DNA from: Savitreella phatthalungensis
Lineage: Eukaryota
Direction of reading: 5' to 3'
Length of the DNA stretch: 64,000 bases
Assembly: GCA_051599415.1 (NCBI GenBank)
Contig: AP039692.1
Coordinates: forward strand, 1-64,000
The position numbers were made by a program, and so were the translations under genes. The notes beneath the pieces were generated by a model. It was not told the DNA's origin, made no database searches, and saw only the letters and a list, made by a program, of their open reading frames with translations. Positions 1 through 9,126 of the stretch are shown in pieces. Position 1 is the first letter of the stretch, and every line of letters starts with the position of its first letter.

Positions 1-60
1 GTACTTCGTTCAGTTACGTATTGCTAAGGTTAAGACTACTTTCTGCCTTTGCGAGAACAG
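1..60 (+). other. Untrimmed Oxford Nanopore ligation adapter plus native barcode (technical sequence, not genomic)
   Basis: 1-25 GTACTTCGTTCAGTTACGTATTGCT is the end of the ONT ligation adapter. 26-33 AAGGTTAA is the native-barcode flank. 34-57 GACTACTTTCTGCCTTTGCGAGAA is recalled as native barcode NB06. 58-60 CAG starts the CAGCACCT flank. Confidence 0.93.
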
Positions 61-149
61 AACCCTAACCCTAACCCTAACCCTAACCCTAACCCTAACC
101 CTAACCCTAACCCTAACCCTAACCCTAACCCTAACCCTAACCCTAACCC
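61..149 (+). repeat. Telomeric repeat (TAACCC)n / (TTAGGG)n, ~15 copies
   Basis: Perfect tandem TAACCC on the C-rich strand at the contig end. Confidence 0.98.
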
Positions 150-197
150 TGACCCTGACCCTGACCCTGACCCTGACCCTGACCCTGACCCTGACCC
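150..197 (+). repeat. Variant telomeric repeat block (TGACCC)8
   Basis: Eight perfect TGACCC units immediately internal to the canonical tract. Confidence 0.93.
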
Positions 198-202
198 CTC
201 AA

Positions 203-241
203 AAACTAACCGCCGTCAAACTAACCGCCGTCAAACTAACC
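203..241 (+). repeat. Telomere-adjacent 15-bp tandem repeat AAACTAACCGCCGTC (~2.6 copies)
   Basis: Units at 203-217, 218-232 and a partial copy at 233-241. Confidence 0.9.
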
Positions 242-257
242 AATGCCCCAACCCTTG

Positions 258-305
258 CCTCGCTTCGCTTTGCTTGCTCGCTCGCTCGCTTGCTCACTCG
301 CTTGC
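258..305 (+). repeat. Degenerate (CTCG)n microsatellite
   Basis: CTCG units interspersed with CTTG and CTCA variants. Confidence 0.75.
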
Positions 306-600
306 CTGCTAACCTTGTTTCTCTGCTCATGCCTGCTGCCTTGCTACACTACACTTGTCTGCACACATACGCGCCTGCTGGTCTTCAACATCATCATCAC
401 CTTGCCGTCCCTTCACTGCTCCTCTCGCTGCTGTACTCCTGCTCTCAATCCCTCAACTATTTGACACTCTTCCTCCTGTTTACCTGAAACATCCCATGCC
501 ATTTGCTCCCCACATTCCTACTGTTAACCGCTTTGCCATCTGTTTCATCTGCAACTGCACCGTCACCTGCCAAATGCCAAATGCTGTTATCTGCATGTCA

Positions 601-771
601 CCTGTCACACGCTGTTACTTGCATGTTGCTTGTCAAATGCTATTACCTGCACTGCCACCTGTCAAACATCTTTACCTGCAACACATTTGTCAAACGCCTT
701 CACCTGCAACACATCTGTCAAATGCCATTCCCTGCACCATTATCTGTCAAATGCTGTTACCTGCACCGTCA
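601..771 (+). repeat. Subtelomeric 28-29 bp minisatellite, consensus ~YYTGTCAAATGCTRTTACCTGCACYRYCA, six units with degenerate flanks (~540-990)
   Basis: Units start at 601, 629, 658, 686, 714 and 743. Unit length is not a multiple of 3. Confidence 0.85.
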
Positions 772-965
772 TTTGTCTCATTGCCCTGCTCTGCGGTCTG
801 CCATTTGTCAAACCCTGGATCTGCCAATTGCTGTTCACCTGTCATCCCTGTTTCCTGTTTCTGTCACTTACTGTTGCCTGGACTGTACCCTGTTTCATTA
901 CTGCACTCCCATCTGTCAAATGCTATCATCTGTTAAACACTGCAACTTCACTTGATATGTCATTC

Positions 966-1206
966 CTGCACTGTCACTTGTCATTTGAACACCTGGCCCT
1001 CGCTGACTCTGTCTCTGCTTGTCACAAACACCGCTTGCTTGGCTCTGACCCTACTCTGTTGCCTGCATTCTCATTCCTTTGACTGTCTTTGCTGCACTGT
1101 CACTTCTTGCCTGCCCCCTGCCATTGACTCTGTCTCTGTTTGTCATCAACACAAACTGCTTGGCCCTGATCCCACCTTGTTGCCTGGCCTCTCATTCCTT
1201 GGACTG
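966..1206 (+). repeat. Diverged ~121-bp direct duplication
   Basis: 1004-1085 (TGACTCTGTCTCTGCTTGTCAC...CTCATTCCTTTGACTG) aligns with 1125-1206 (TGACTCTGTCTCTGTTTGTCAT...CTCATTCCTTGGACTG). CTGCACTGTCACTT precedes both. Confidence 0.8.
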
Positions 1207-1504
1207 CAACTGGCACTGGCGCCTGTTGTGCAACATCGATTGATTGCAATTGACTCCATTGTCATATGGCATGCACTGTTTCCTTCACTGTTGCTTGTCA
1301 AATCCATTGCTTGCGCCGTGCTGTGCCTTTCCTCCACAACTGACTCCAATTCATTCCCGCTTGCTCCTATAGCCTGGTTTGTGCACTGCCACATGCACTA
1401 CACCCTGTCATGCATTGTACACTGTCTACCCTGCTGTGACTGCGCTTGTTTGTGCTGTGTGCATGCATCATTCTACTGTCTAATCTGTCTTCATTTCACT
1501 GTGC

Positions 1505-1668
1505 CAGCTGCTGCTGCTACCACACTTACTACTTCTCCCATCACCTTCACCCATTCTAGTGCTCGTCCTACTGCTGCAACTGCTGCTGCTATCACTACTG
1601 CTGCTCTTTTCACCACCACCACTGCTGCTGCTGCTGCTACTACTACTGCTGCCTCCGGTACTGCTGCC
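1505..1668 (+). repeat. Mixed CTG/CCA/CTA trinucleotide tract
   Basis: e.g. CACCACCACCACTGCTGCTGCTGCTGCTACTACTACTGCTGCC. Confidence 0.8.
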
Positions 1669-2548
1669 ATGGGTATGCTACAAATTTGTTGAGCGCTGCA
1701 GTTTGGATTGCAGTTTGGGATGCAGTCAGGTCCAAATTTGTTGTGTGTGCAATTTGGTTTTGCAGTTTGGTTTGTCCCTAACTGTTGACTTACAATTAGG
1801 TATTCCATGCAGTGTTTCATCCCTGACTCCATGGCTATAAGCTGGCGCCGCTGAAAATAGTTTGAGATTTTTGGACGGAATATCGTCCCATGCACTGTCG
1901 CCTGCATTGTCATCTGTCATACACTATAATCTGTTTCTATTGCTCTGTTCTTCTGTTTGTTCTTGCTCCTTCTCTCGTGTATGTTGATCCGATTCTCTTG
2001 CTTGTCAGTGCTTGCGTTCTCGGCTCATCTCTCTGTAGACGCTCTCCCGTTTCTACTATGCTGTCATACTGCCCATATGTGTTCTTCTTTTGCCTTACTA
2101 TGCTTTGCCTCATTGTCATTCCTTCCGATGCTAGAACTGTGCTCTTACTACTTCAATAACTGCTGCTACAGCGGCTACTCCTGCATCTGATACAGCACTG
2201 ATTTGGCCCCTGAGAAGTTCTCGTGGTCTAGACCTGAATTCGGAGTAATTTGTGGATGCAGGAAAAGAAAACCAATTCCATTTTTTCCCAGTTTCGATCC
2301 ATTGTGTGCTTGGAAGGAGGCCGTGATCAGGAGACGGTCGGAAAATTTAACAGTGTGGAGCTTCCCCGCGGAATTCGCAGGGTGAGGCGCCCCAACGTCT
2401 GCCTGTCCCTGAGCGCTTCAATGACAAAAACAAATCTTTGATGTCGCGCATCACGATGAAGCACGTTTGAAGCGAACAACGCAGCAAAGGCCCTTTTTCT
2501 AGAAGCGCTCGTGCTCTTGGTTGAGACGACGGGCGCATAAGGAACAGA

Positions 2549-3652
2549 ATGGGTATTCCTCTCTGGCGCGAATTCGATGAGCGCGCCGATGTTGCAAGCG
2601 CGGGTGCGAGCAAGGCTAGTCACGCGATGAATTCGGCATTGACGAATGCGATTGGAACGGCGCACGCTACGAGCCCAGAAGCCCATGCTTCATCTGGTCC
2701 GTACGAGCGCAGATATCTTGCGCAAGAAGCGCAGTCAGGCGCCGACTCGACATTTGAGCGATATCTCCGTCATTATCAAAGGCAGCACGAACGAGAGACA
2801 CTCGGCCGGGCACGGCATAGTGCATCAGTCTCGAGCTCTTCGCAGCACTCTCATGTCATGGAACGGCTGGTCGGTGATAGATCGTCTGGTGAGCCACGTG
2901 GTAGTGCGCCTGACGTGCAGCGCTATCGGGAGATGCTGCACGCTCATCGTGTACACCAGATGCAGCTTGCCAGACAACAGCAGCAGCAGGAACATCATCC
3001 ACAACAGCAGCACTCACACCGGACGGGGCGAAGGGATCTTGAGCGTCATGCTGATTCCGGCTCAAGCTCACCGAGAAGTGCTTCGCGCCGATTCGTTGCT
3101 CGATTCCTCGGCACTGAAGGCTCCATGTCAGCGAGCGAAGCGGAGCACCGCACCGTCCTGGCTAGACTCGCTGGTCACATCATACGCTCGCAACCTGGCA
3201 CACGGGAGCATGAGGAAGAGTTGCGGGATTTTCAATACGCTCAGCTCTATCTGACAGAGCTCGCGAGCGTCCGGCGACACGGCGAAGGAGGACGCCAACG
3301 AGCGAGAGCCTCGAGCAGTGGAGCGGATGACCAGGAAGTCGTGCTGGCAGAACACGAGGAGGTCGTCGACGCGAATGAAGCAGATTCAGTGCCCAGCGGC
3401 GAGCGTACCCGTGAATCGTTGCGGCGGGAGCTCGCTAGCTGGCAGCACGCCCATCCCTTGCGCAGCGATTCCGCATCGAGCGACGATTCCGATAATGATG
3501 ATGCGGGTCGACGGGAGCAGTATCTACGGCGAGTCAGACGAGCCACGACAACCTCGACCGCAGCAGTGCCTGTGCCTGCGACTTCACGAGAAGAGCATCG
3601 TCGGCGCAACCCTGCATTCCATGAACTCATAGAAAGGCAATCCCGCACTTGA
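2549..3652 (+). CDS. Hypothetical low-complexity (R/S/E/Q/H-rich) protein, 367 aa
   Basis: Long ATG-initiated ORF with gene-like GC and CpG content. No recognisable domain. Confidence 0.7.
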   Translation: MGIPLWREFDERADVASAGASKASHAMNSALTNAIGTAHATSPEAHASSGPYERRYLAQEAQSGADSTFERYLRHYQRQHERETLGRARHSASVSSSSQHSHVMERLVGDRSSGEPRGSAPDVQRYREMLHAHRVHQMQLARQQQQQEHHPQQQHSHRTGRRDLERHADSGSSSPRSASRRFVARFLGTEGSMSASEAEHRTVLARLAGHIIRSQPGTREHEEELRDFQYAQLYLTELASVRRHGEGGRQRARASSSGADDQEVVLAEHEEVVDANEADSVPSGERTRESLRRELASWQHAHPLRSDSASSDDSDNDDAGRREQYLRRVRRATTTSTAAVPVPATSREEHRRRNPAFHELIERQSRT

Positions 3653-3794
3653 AAGTAAAAAAAGGTCATGAACGCTTCCCGATTGGTCGAACGGCAATTT
3701 GACTCAAGCGAATTCCGTGTGGAGCCAGTGTGGAGTGAACTTGAATTATAAAGGTCGTGCTCGCCGGTCCGTGTCCGAACAGCAAGACTTGGAG

Positions 3795-5525
3795 ATGTCA
3801 GTGAACGAGATTTACGCAGCAGAAGACCCTCGGTTCGTCCACTTTGCGTCACGGCGCTCGGTCGTTCACTCGACCGGGGGTATGGTCGCCTCGACCCAGC
3901 CGCTTGCGAACGAAGCTGGTTATAAAGTGCTCGCGCGAGGCGGCAATGCTGCTGATGCTGCTGTGGCCATCGCAGCAGCACTCAATGTCACCGAGCCTTC
4001 GTCTACTGGGATTGGTGGTGACATGTTCTGCCTGTACTATGACGCTTCTTCCCGCAAGATTTCCGCTCTGAACGGTAGTGGCCGAGCACCGGCAGGACTG
4101 ACTCTTGGGAAAGTGCGAGAGCTCGGTATCAGCGGAACGGAGTTCCCGGCAGAGAACATCAACGCTGTGACGGTACCAGGAGCCTGCATGGGCTGGTTTG
4201 ACACGCTCAAACTCTTCGGGTCCGGCAAGCTTTCGATGGCCGAGGTGCTTGAGCCGGCAATCAATCTCGCTGAGCGAGGCTTTCCAGTGAGCGAGATCTC
4301 GGCCTTTCAGTGGCAGCACTCCGAGAGTCTAATCAAGCGAGCCTCTCCGAACGCTGACGAGATCTTGTCTAAGGTCAACCCAGGCAAGGCTCCTGCTGCA
4401 GGTGAATTGATGCACAATCCTACTCTTGCCAGCACCTTCCGCGACATCTCCCAGCACGGCCCCAAGGTCTTCTACAAAGGTCGCATCGCCGAGGCTATTG
4501 TCGAACTCGTACAATCGAAAGGTGGAATTCTGACTATGGACGACCTCGCAGCACACACGAGCACGCCCTGTGACCCGATCTCGGTTTCTTACGGTGGTTT
4601 GGACGTCTGGGAGCATCCTCCTAATGGACAGGGCATCGTGGCGCTTATCACGCTCGCATTGCTGCAGCATCTGCAGGACACCGGCAAAATTCGACCTATC
4701 TCCGAGATGGACCATAATTCGTCGGAGTATCTGCACGTCCTGATCGAATGTCTCCGCATAGCCTTCGCGGATGGAAGATATCACGTTACTGATCCGGAGC
4801 GTATGGAGACCACTGTTGAGCACTTGCTATCAAAGGATTACATCGCAAAACGCGCAGAGATTTTCGATCCTACGAGGGCGCGCGCTGATGTCAAGCACGG
4901 TTCGCCTGCAAACTCCTCTGATACGGTCTACTTTTCGGTCGTTGATGCACAGGGCAACGCTTGTTCCTTCATCATTTCCAACTACGAGGGCTTTGGCACC
5001 GCAGCTGTTCCGAAGGGATGCGGCTTCACCTTGCAGAATCGCGGCTCGAATTTCGTGTTGCAAGAAGGGCATGTCAACTGTGTTGACGGCAGCAAGCGAC
5101 CCTATCACACCATCATCCCTGCCATGGTTACGAAAGGTGGCGATCTATGGGCATGCTACGGCGTCATGGGCGCTTTCATGCAGCCACAGGGTCAAGTCCA
5201 GGTTCTCAACAATATGCTGCACTTCCGACAGACGCCGCAGGCCGCGCTTGATGCGCCACGCATCTGCGTCGGAGCAGTGCTCCCCGACCTCGAAGCCGGC
5301 TGGATCGACCAGCGCGTTTATATTGAGGAGGGCGTTTCGCATGAAGTGCTGGAGGAGCTCCGGAAGATGGGTCACGGCGTCGAGTACCTCGAGGGCTTTG
5401 CACGCGGACGATTCGGTCGAGGCCAAGTCATTCGAAGGCACGTCGTCGGCGGTGACTTCGGAGGCCATGTGTTGTCCGGAGGCAGCGATCCGCGCGGAGA
5501 TGGAGCAGCCTTGCCGTGCTCGTAG
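3795..5525 (+). CDS. Gamma-glutamyltranspeptidase family (Ntn hydrolase, YwrD-like)
   Basis: Motifs GGNAADAAVA, STGIGGDMF, DTVYFSVVDAQGNACS (catalytic Thr), KRPYHTIIP and SDPRGDG. First ATG is at 3795, with TATAAA at 3747. Confidence 0.95.
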   Translation: MSVNEIYAAEDPRFVHFASRRSVVHSTGGMVASTQPLANEAGYKVLARGGNAADAAVAIAAALNVTEPSSTGIGGDMFCLYYDASSRKISALNGSGRAPAGLTLGKVRELGISGTEFPAENINAVTVPGACMGWFDTLKLFGSGKLSMAEVLEPAINLAERGFPVSEISAFQWQHSESLIKRASPNADEILSKVNPGKAPAAGELMHNPTLASTFRDISQHGPKVFYKGRIAEAIVELVQSKGGILTMDDLAAHTSTPCDPISVSYGGLDVWEHPPNGQGIVALITLALLQHLQDTGKIRPISEMDHNSSEYLHVLIECLRIAFADGRYHVTDPERMETTVEHLLSKDYIAKRAEIFDPTRARADVKHGSPANSSDTVYFSVVDAQGNACSFIISNYEGFGTAAVPKGCGFTLQNRGSNFVLQEGHVNCVDGSKRPYHTIIPAMVTKGGDLWACYGVMGAFMQPQGQVQVLNNMLHFRQTPQAALDAPRICVGAVLPDLEAGWIDQRVYIEEGVSHEVLEELRKMGHGVEYLEGFARGRFGRGQVIRRHVVGGDFGGHVLSGGSDPRGDGAALPCS

Positions 5526-5538
5526 AACAATTTTAGCA

Positions 5539-6213
5539 TCAAGCATCTCTCATTGGAGCATCTTTCTCTTCATCTTCTCGTTTAATCAGCTGTGTCATAG
5601 TAGTGTCGTCCTCGAGGCGACCCAGGAACTCTGACAATGCCTGATTACCGCTCCTGTCGAGCTCTGCAAGTCTTTTCATGTTGCTCGAGAGCGCCGATAA
5701 TTCACCTGTTGCTAAGTTCCTCGTCAGCATTGTGCCCGCACGGGTATAGACCTGAGACACAGCCTCAGTTTCTCCAGTCTCGTCAGAGGTGCTGAATGAC
5801 GCGACGACGACGGACACCTGTACTGCTAGCCAAACTGAGGCGAGTGCTGCGGATGCGCGTCGTCTGCGCAGGGTGAAATCGACCACAAGCGCGTCTCCTG
5901 ACATAGACAGGGTTCGCTCGCTCGGGGGATCAGCATCGTGCTCTCGTTTGACTGCCACGTCATCGTCTATATAGCATTCGAGTGATGCGGCCGATGCCAG
6001 GCCGCGCAACATCGCCTCGTCGGGCACTATGCTGGTGCATGCACAGTTACGAGATGCCTTGAGCAAGTCTAGCGCTTGATTGAGCGAGGCGGATGCCGCA
6101 GGGGTCTGATATTTTGTTAAGCGCGTTCGCAAGTCGGAAACCGCAGACGCTAGAGAGCGCTGGTCCGCTAGCGGGTTCTGATTGAGCGTCGTCGGCGTGC
6201 CGGAACGCGACAT
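5539..6213 (-). CDS. MED1: Probable Mediator subunit Med1 (N-terminal part of the fungal Med1 domain only, 224 aa)
   Basis: LECYID...TLSMSGDALVVDF...LSSNMKRLAELDR resembles conserved blocks of fungal Med1. Recognised from memory, not by a database search. Confidence 0.6.
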   Translation of the reverse strand: MSRSGTPTTLNQNPLADQRSLASAVSDLRTRLTKYQTPAASASLNQALDLLKASRNCACTSIVPDEAMLRGLASAASLECYIDDDVAVKREHDADPPSERTLSMSGDALVVDFTLRRRRASAALASVWLAVQVSVVVASFSTSDETGETEAVSQVYTRAGTMLTRNLATGELSALSSNMKRLAELDRSGNQALSEFLGRLEDDTTMTQLIKREDEEKDAPMRDA

Positions 6214-6336
6214 GCTGCGCAGTACAGCCTGGTAAGCCTGGGCTTTACACTTTCTCGATTGCCATCATTTCTGGCCACCGACACTGGCAACGTACCTAAC
6301 GAGCCATCCCACAAATTTATATGCATTATTAATTCT

Positions 6337-8040
6337 CTAGGGTCGGCATCTGCCAGTGTAGCGTGGATAAAGAGAACAGTCTCTGACATTGAATCGATCT
6401 GTGAGCCATGCAAGGAAGCGCTCAAGGCCAATGCCATAGCCGCCGTGGGGACAGGTGCCGTACTTACGCTGGTCCGTGTACCAGTAGTATGGACTTGGAT
6501 CAATGCCTTCGCGCTTGTAGCCAGCCAAGAGCTCGTCCAGATCAGAGATGCGCATACTGCCACCAGTAATCTCGCCAACGTTGGGCATTAGCACGTCGAC
6601 CGATTCTGTAACTCGGTCGTCTCCCGGGGCTCGCTTCATATAGAATGCTTTGATTGCCGTCGGGAAATGGGTCAGGAAGATAGGCTTGCCGATTTGGTCT
6701 GTCATCTTCCGCTCTGCTGCCTCTGCGATGTCGTCACCGAAGACATGGTGTCTAGGAGGCTCGTCGTTGGTGAGAATGTCGTGCTCGTTGACATAGCGGA
6801 TGGCATCTGCGTAGGTCATACGCATGAACGGGCGCGAAGGTTTCTGGAAACCGGGGTTCAATTGCTGTACGAGGTTTCCGGCGACTGGGTCTTCGAGCAC
6901 CTTATCGATAGACCGACACAGGAACTCCTCAAGATGCTCCAAGAACTCGTCAAAGTTGAGGAAGGCAAGCTCGGCCTCGACGTGGGTGTACTCCGACAGG
7001 TGACGCCGTGTGTGGGCCTTTTCGGCACGGAACGACTCCTGGACACAGAAAACGTCGCCCAAGGAAGGAAGGCAGGTCTCAAGGTACAGCTGGGAAGACT
7101 GTGTCAAGTATGCGGGCTCACCGTAGTAGTTGAACTCGAACAAGGTTGAGCCACCTTCGACCTGCGTCTGCACCATGCACGGAGGTGTGACTTCCATGAG
7201 CCCGAGCTCTTCGTATGTGGCACGGAATGCCTTGAGCACGGCTGCGCGCACCTTGAGCACAGAACTGGCAGTTTCGCCACGGATGACGAGATGACGCTGG
7301 TCGTAAAGCAAGTCAGGCAGTGAATCAGCGGTGATGCGAGCGTTGATCTGCTCGCTGCCGCCTGCAGCGACCCCAACAATCTCGAAGAAATCGACGGGCA
7401 GCTCGTGGTTGTCGGGTGCCGTCTTGCCTTCCGGGAGCGCTGTGACCACGCCGTAGACCGTGATCGTGGACTCGAGAACGAGTGTGAGCGCGCCGTACGT
7501 CTGAGCAGCTTGACCGGAGATAACGCACTGAAGGTATCCTGTGCCATCACGAATAACGAGAAAGATGAGATCTTTCTGTTGACGCAGGCGGTGCACCCAG
7601 CCAGAAACGCGAACACGGGTCCCACGGAGCCCCTTGGCCTCGCGAATCTTGATCTTCTTCGCTTCTGGAAGAGACTTGTCCTCTGAAATGACAATCTGCT
7701 TTGCGGCCTCAAGCTTCCTTGCCGCATCAGCATCCGCTGCAGCCTGTACTTTGGCTTGCTCCTCAGCTTTCGCGCGCTTCTTTGCATTACCTTCAGCCCC
7801 TTTGACAGCTTTCTTCATTGCAGATGCCGTCAGCTCGACGTAATCGTCGTCGCCGGTCTTCTTGATAAGCACTTTCACATCCTTGCCGTATTTTTCTACA
7901 GCAGCTACAGCGGTCTTGAGTGGCGCCTCAGGGCTACCTGTGCCGTTCTCGTCATTTCCAAGAGACTCATCAACGTGCACTTGCGGGTTCTGACTGCTTG
8001 ACAGTCCAAGCTTCTCTGCTGCTGCTTGGACAGCTTCCAT
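6337..8040 (-). CDS. DED81: Cytosolic asparaginyl-tRNA synthetase
   Basis: OB-fold GWVHRLR, YLTQSSQLYLE, motif 2 FRAEKAHTRRHLSEYTHVEAE and motif 3 PHGGYGIGLERF. ATG is at 8040 (the ORF-track start is TTG). Confidence 0.97.
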   Translation of the reverse strand: MEAVQAAAEKLGLSSSQNPQVHVDESLGNDENGTGSPEAPLKTAVAAVEKYGKDVKVLIKKTGDDDYVELTASAMKKAVKGAEGNAKKRAKAEEQAKVQAAADADAARKLEAAKQIVISEDKSLPEAKKIKIREAKGLRGTRVRVSGWVHRLRQQKDLIFLVIRDGTGYLQCVISGQAAQTYGALTLVLESTITVYGVVTALPEGKTAPDNHELPVDFFEIVGVAAGGSEQINARITADSLPDLLYDQRHLVIRGETASSVLKVRAAVLKAFRATYEELGLMEVTPPCMVQTQVEGGSTLFEFNYYGEPAYLTQSSQLYLETCLPSLGDVFCVQESFRAEKAHTRRHLSEYTHVEAELAFLNFDEFLEHLEEFLCRSIDKVLEDPVAGNLVQQLNPGFQKPSRPFMRMTYADAIRYVNEHDILTNDEPPRHHVFGDDIAEAAERKMTDQIGKPIFLTHFPTAIKAFYMKRAPGDDRVTESVDVLMPNVGEITGGSMRISDLDELLAGYKREGIDPSPYYWYTDQRKYGTCPHGGYGIGLERFLAWLTDRFNVRDCSLYPRYTGRCRP

Positions 8041-9126
8041 TGTCCTTGCTCTGATGCTCAATGGACACCTCTTTTCTTTCTACTCGATCGATCGTGTTTT
8101 TATGGCTATAAAGAATTCGACCTGAAGCTCCTCTGGACACGTGAAACTCTGCTAGACAGGAATCATCATGCATGATGCATTTAAATGTCAATTGCATTTC
8201 AATTCATTTCATATGTGCGGTTACAATATCGGCCAGAGATGCACGATCGAAGGTACGACAAAAGGTGTTTCAAATACACAAGTGGATGCGGTGTTGACAG
8301 GTCATTAAAGCTTGAGAATCCCCATTCTATCCTCGCAGTCAGATTTGAATGGATTTCAAGCAACCACGGTTGACCCGTTGGACTATTTAGAGATCATTCC
8401 GCTGCGCTTCTCATGGAAGAATGTGACTATGTCTTTTGACTATTCGATCTGATTGATCGAACGTTGTACACACATATACACAGATATGTACAGACTTAAA
8501 ATTGAAATTGACGTTGCATGACTGCTCACGAGGTCTTGCTTTAACTCCCGATATGTCGAATCGACTCCACCTTTTTCTTTTCTTTTGAATTTTACGATCG
8601 ATCGGGCGAATCGGGCCGGGCGGGTGGACTTGCATTCAGGCTGACTTGGGCTGTACAGGCCGAGCTCGAGATGCACATGCAGTAAATGTGTCGTGGGGGT
8701 GGAATCTCCGGAAATGAACGTAATAGCGGAGCGCACATGACACGTTCAGATGGCAGTCTAGCGGTAACCGGACAGACACGTCAATTTCAGCGCTTACGTT
8801 GGGTTCACAACCGTACACACTCCTTCCAGCGTTCCGCGGCTGTCGCATATTTCTACTTCTTGCACAACTTTGTCTGAGCACATCGCTCGCTTTGCTTAAT
8901 ATTCACTTCAAACTTTATCACCGCTTCTTTCTTTCCCCACGCGAGCGTCTTGACACCGATTGCCCATCAGTCATTTGGCCCCATTCAAAACGCGACAAGT
9001 TGTCACACGACATCAAGGGCGAATTTGTCTTGATCGATAGCTCTTACTATCACTTCTTGTTTAACACTTGATCAACCGCTCACTTATCAGAAATTGTCTG
9101 TTCGAACTGCGGACCTGCTCGCCATC

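Noticed and set aside
49..312. ORF encoding (NP)n(DP)n
   Set aside because: It is a translation of barcode and telomere repeats.
601..771. CRISPR-like 28-29 bp repeats
   Set aside because: The units are head-to-tail with no spacers, there are no cas genes, and the context is eukaryotic.
243..1913. Several long overlapping Cys/His/Leu-rich ORFs in the subtelomere
   Set aside because: Multiple frames stay open because of the repeat composition. The repeat period is not a multiple of 3 and no domain is recognisable.
250..1950. Classical CpA>TpA RIP
   Set aside because: CpA/TpG are enriched rather than depleted and TpA is not conspicuous. The depleted dinucleotide is CpG.
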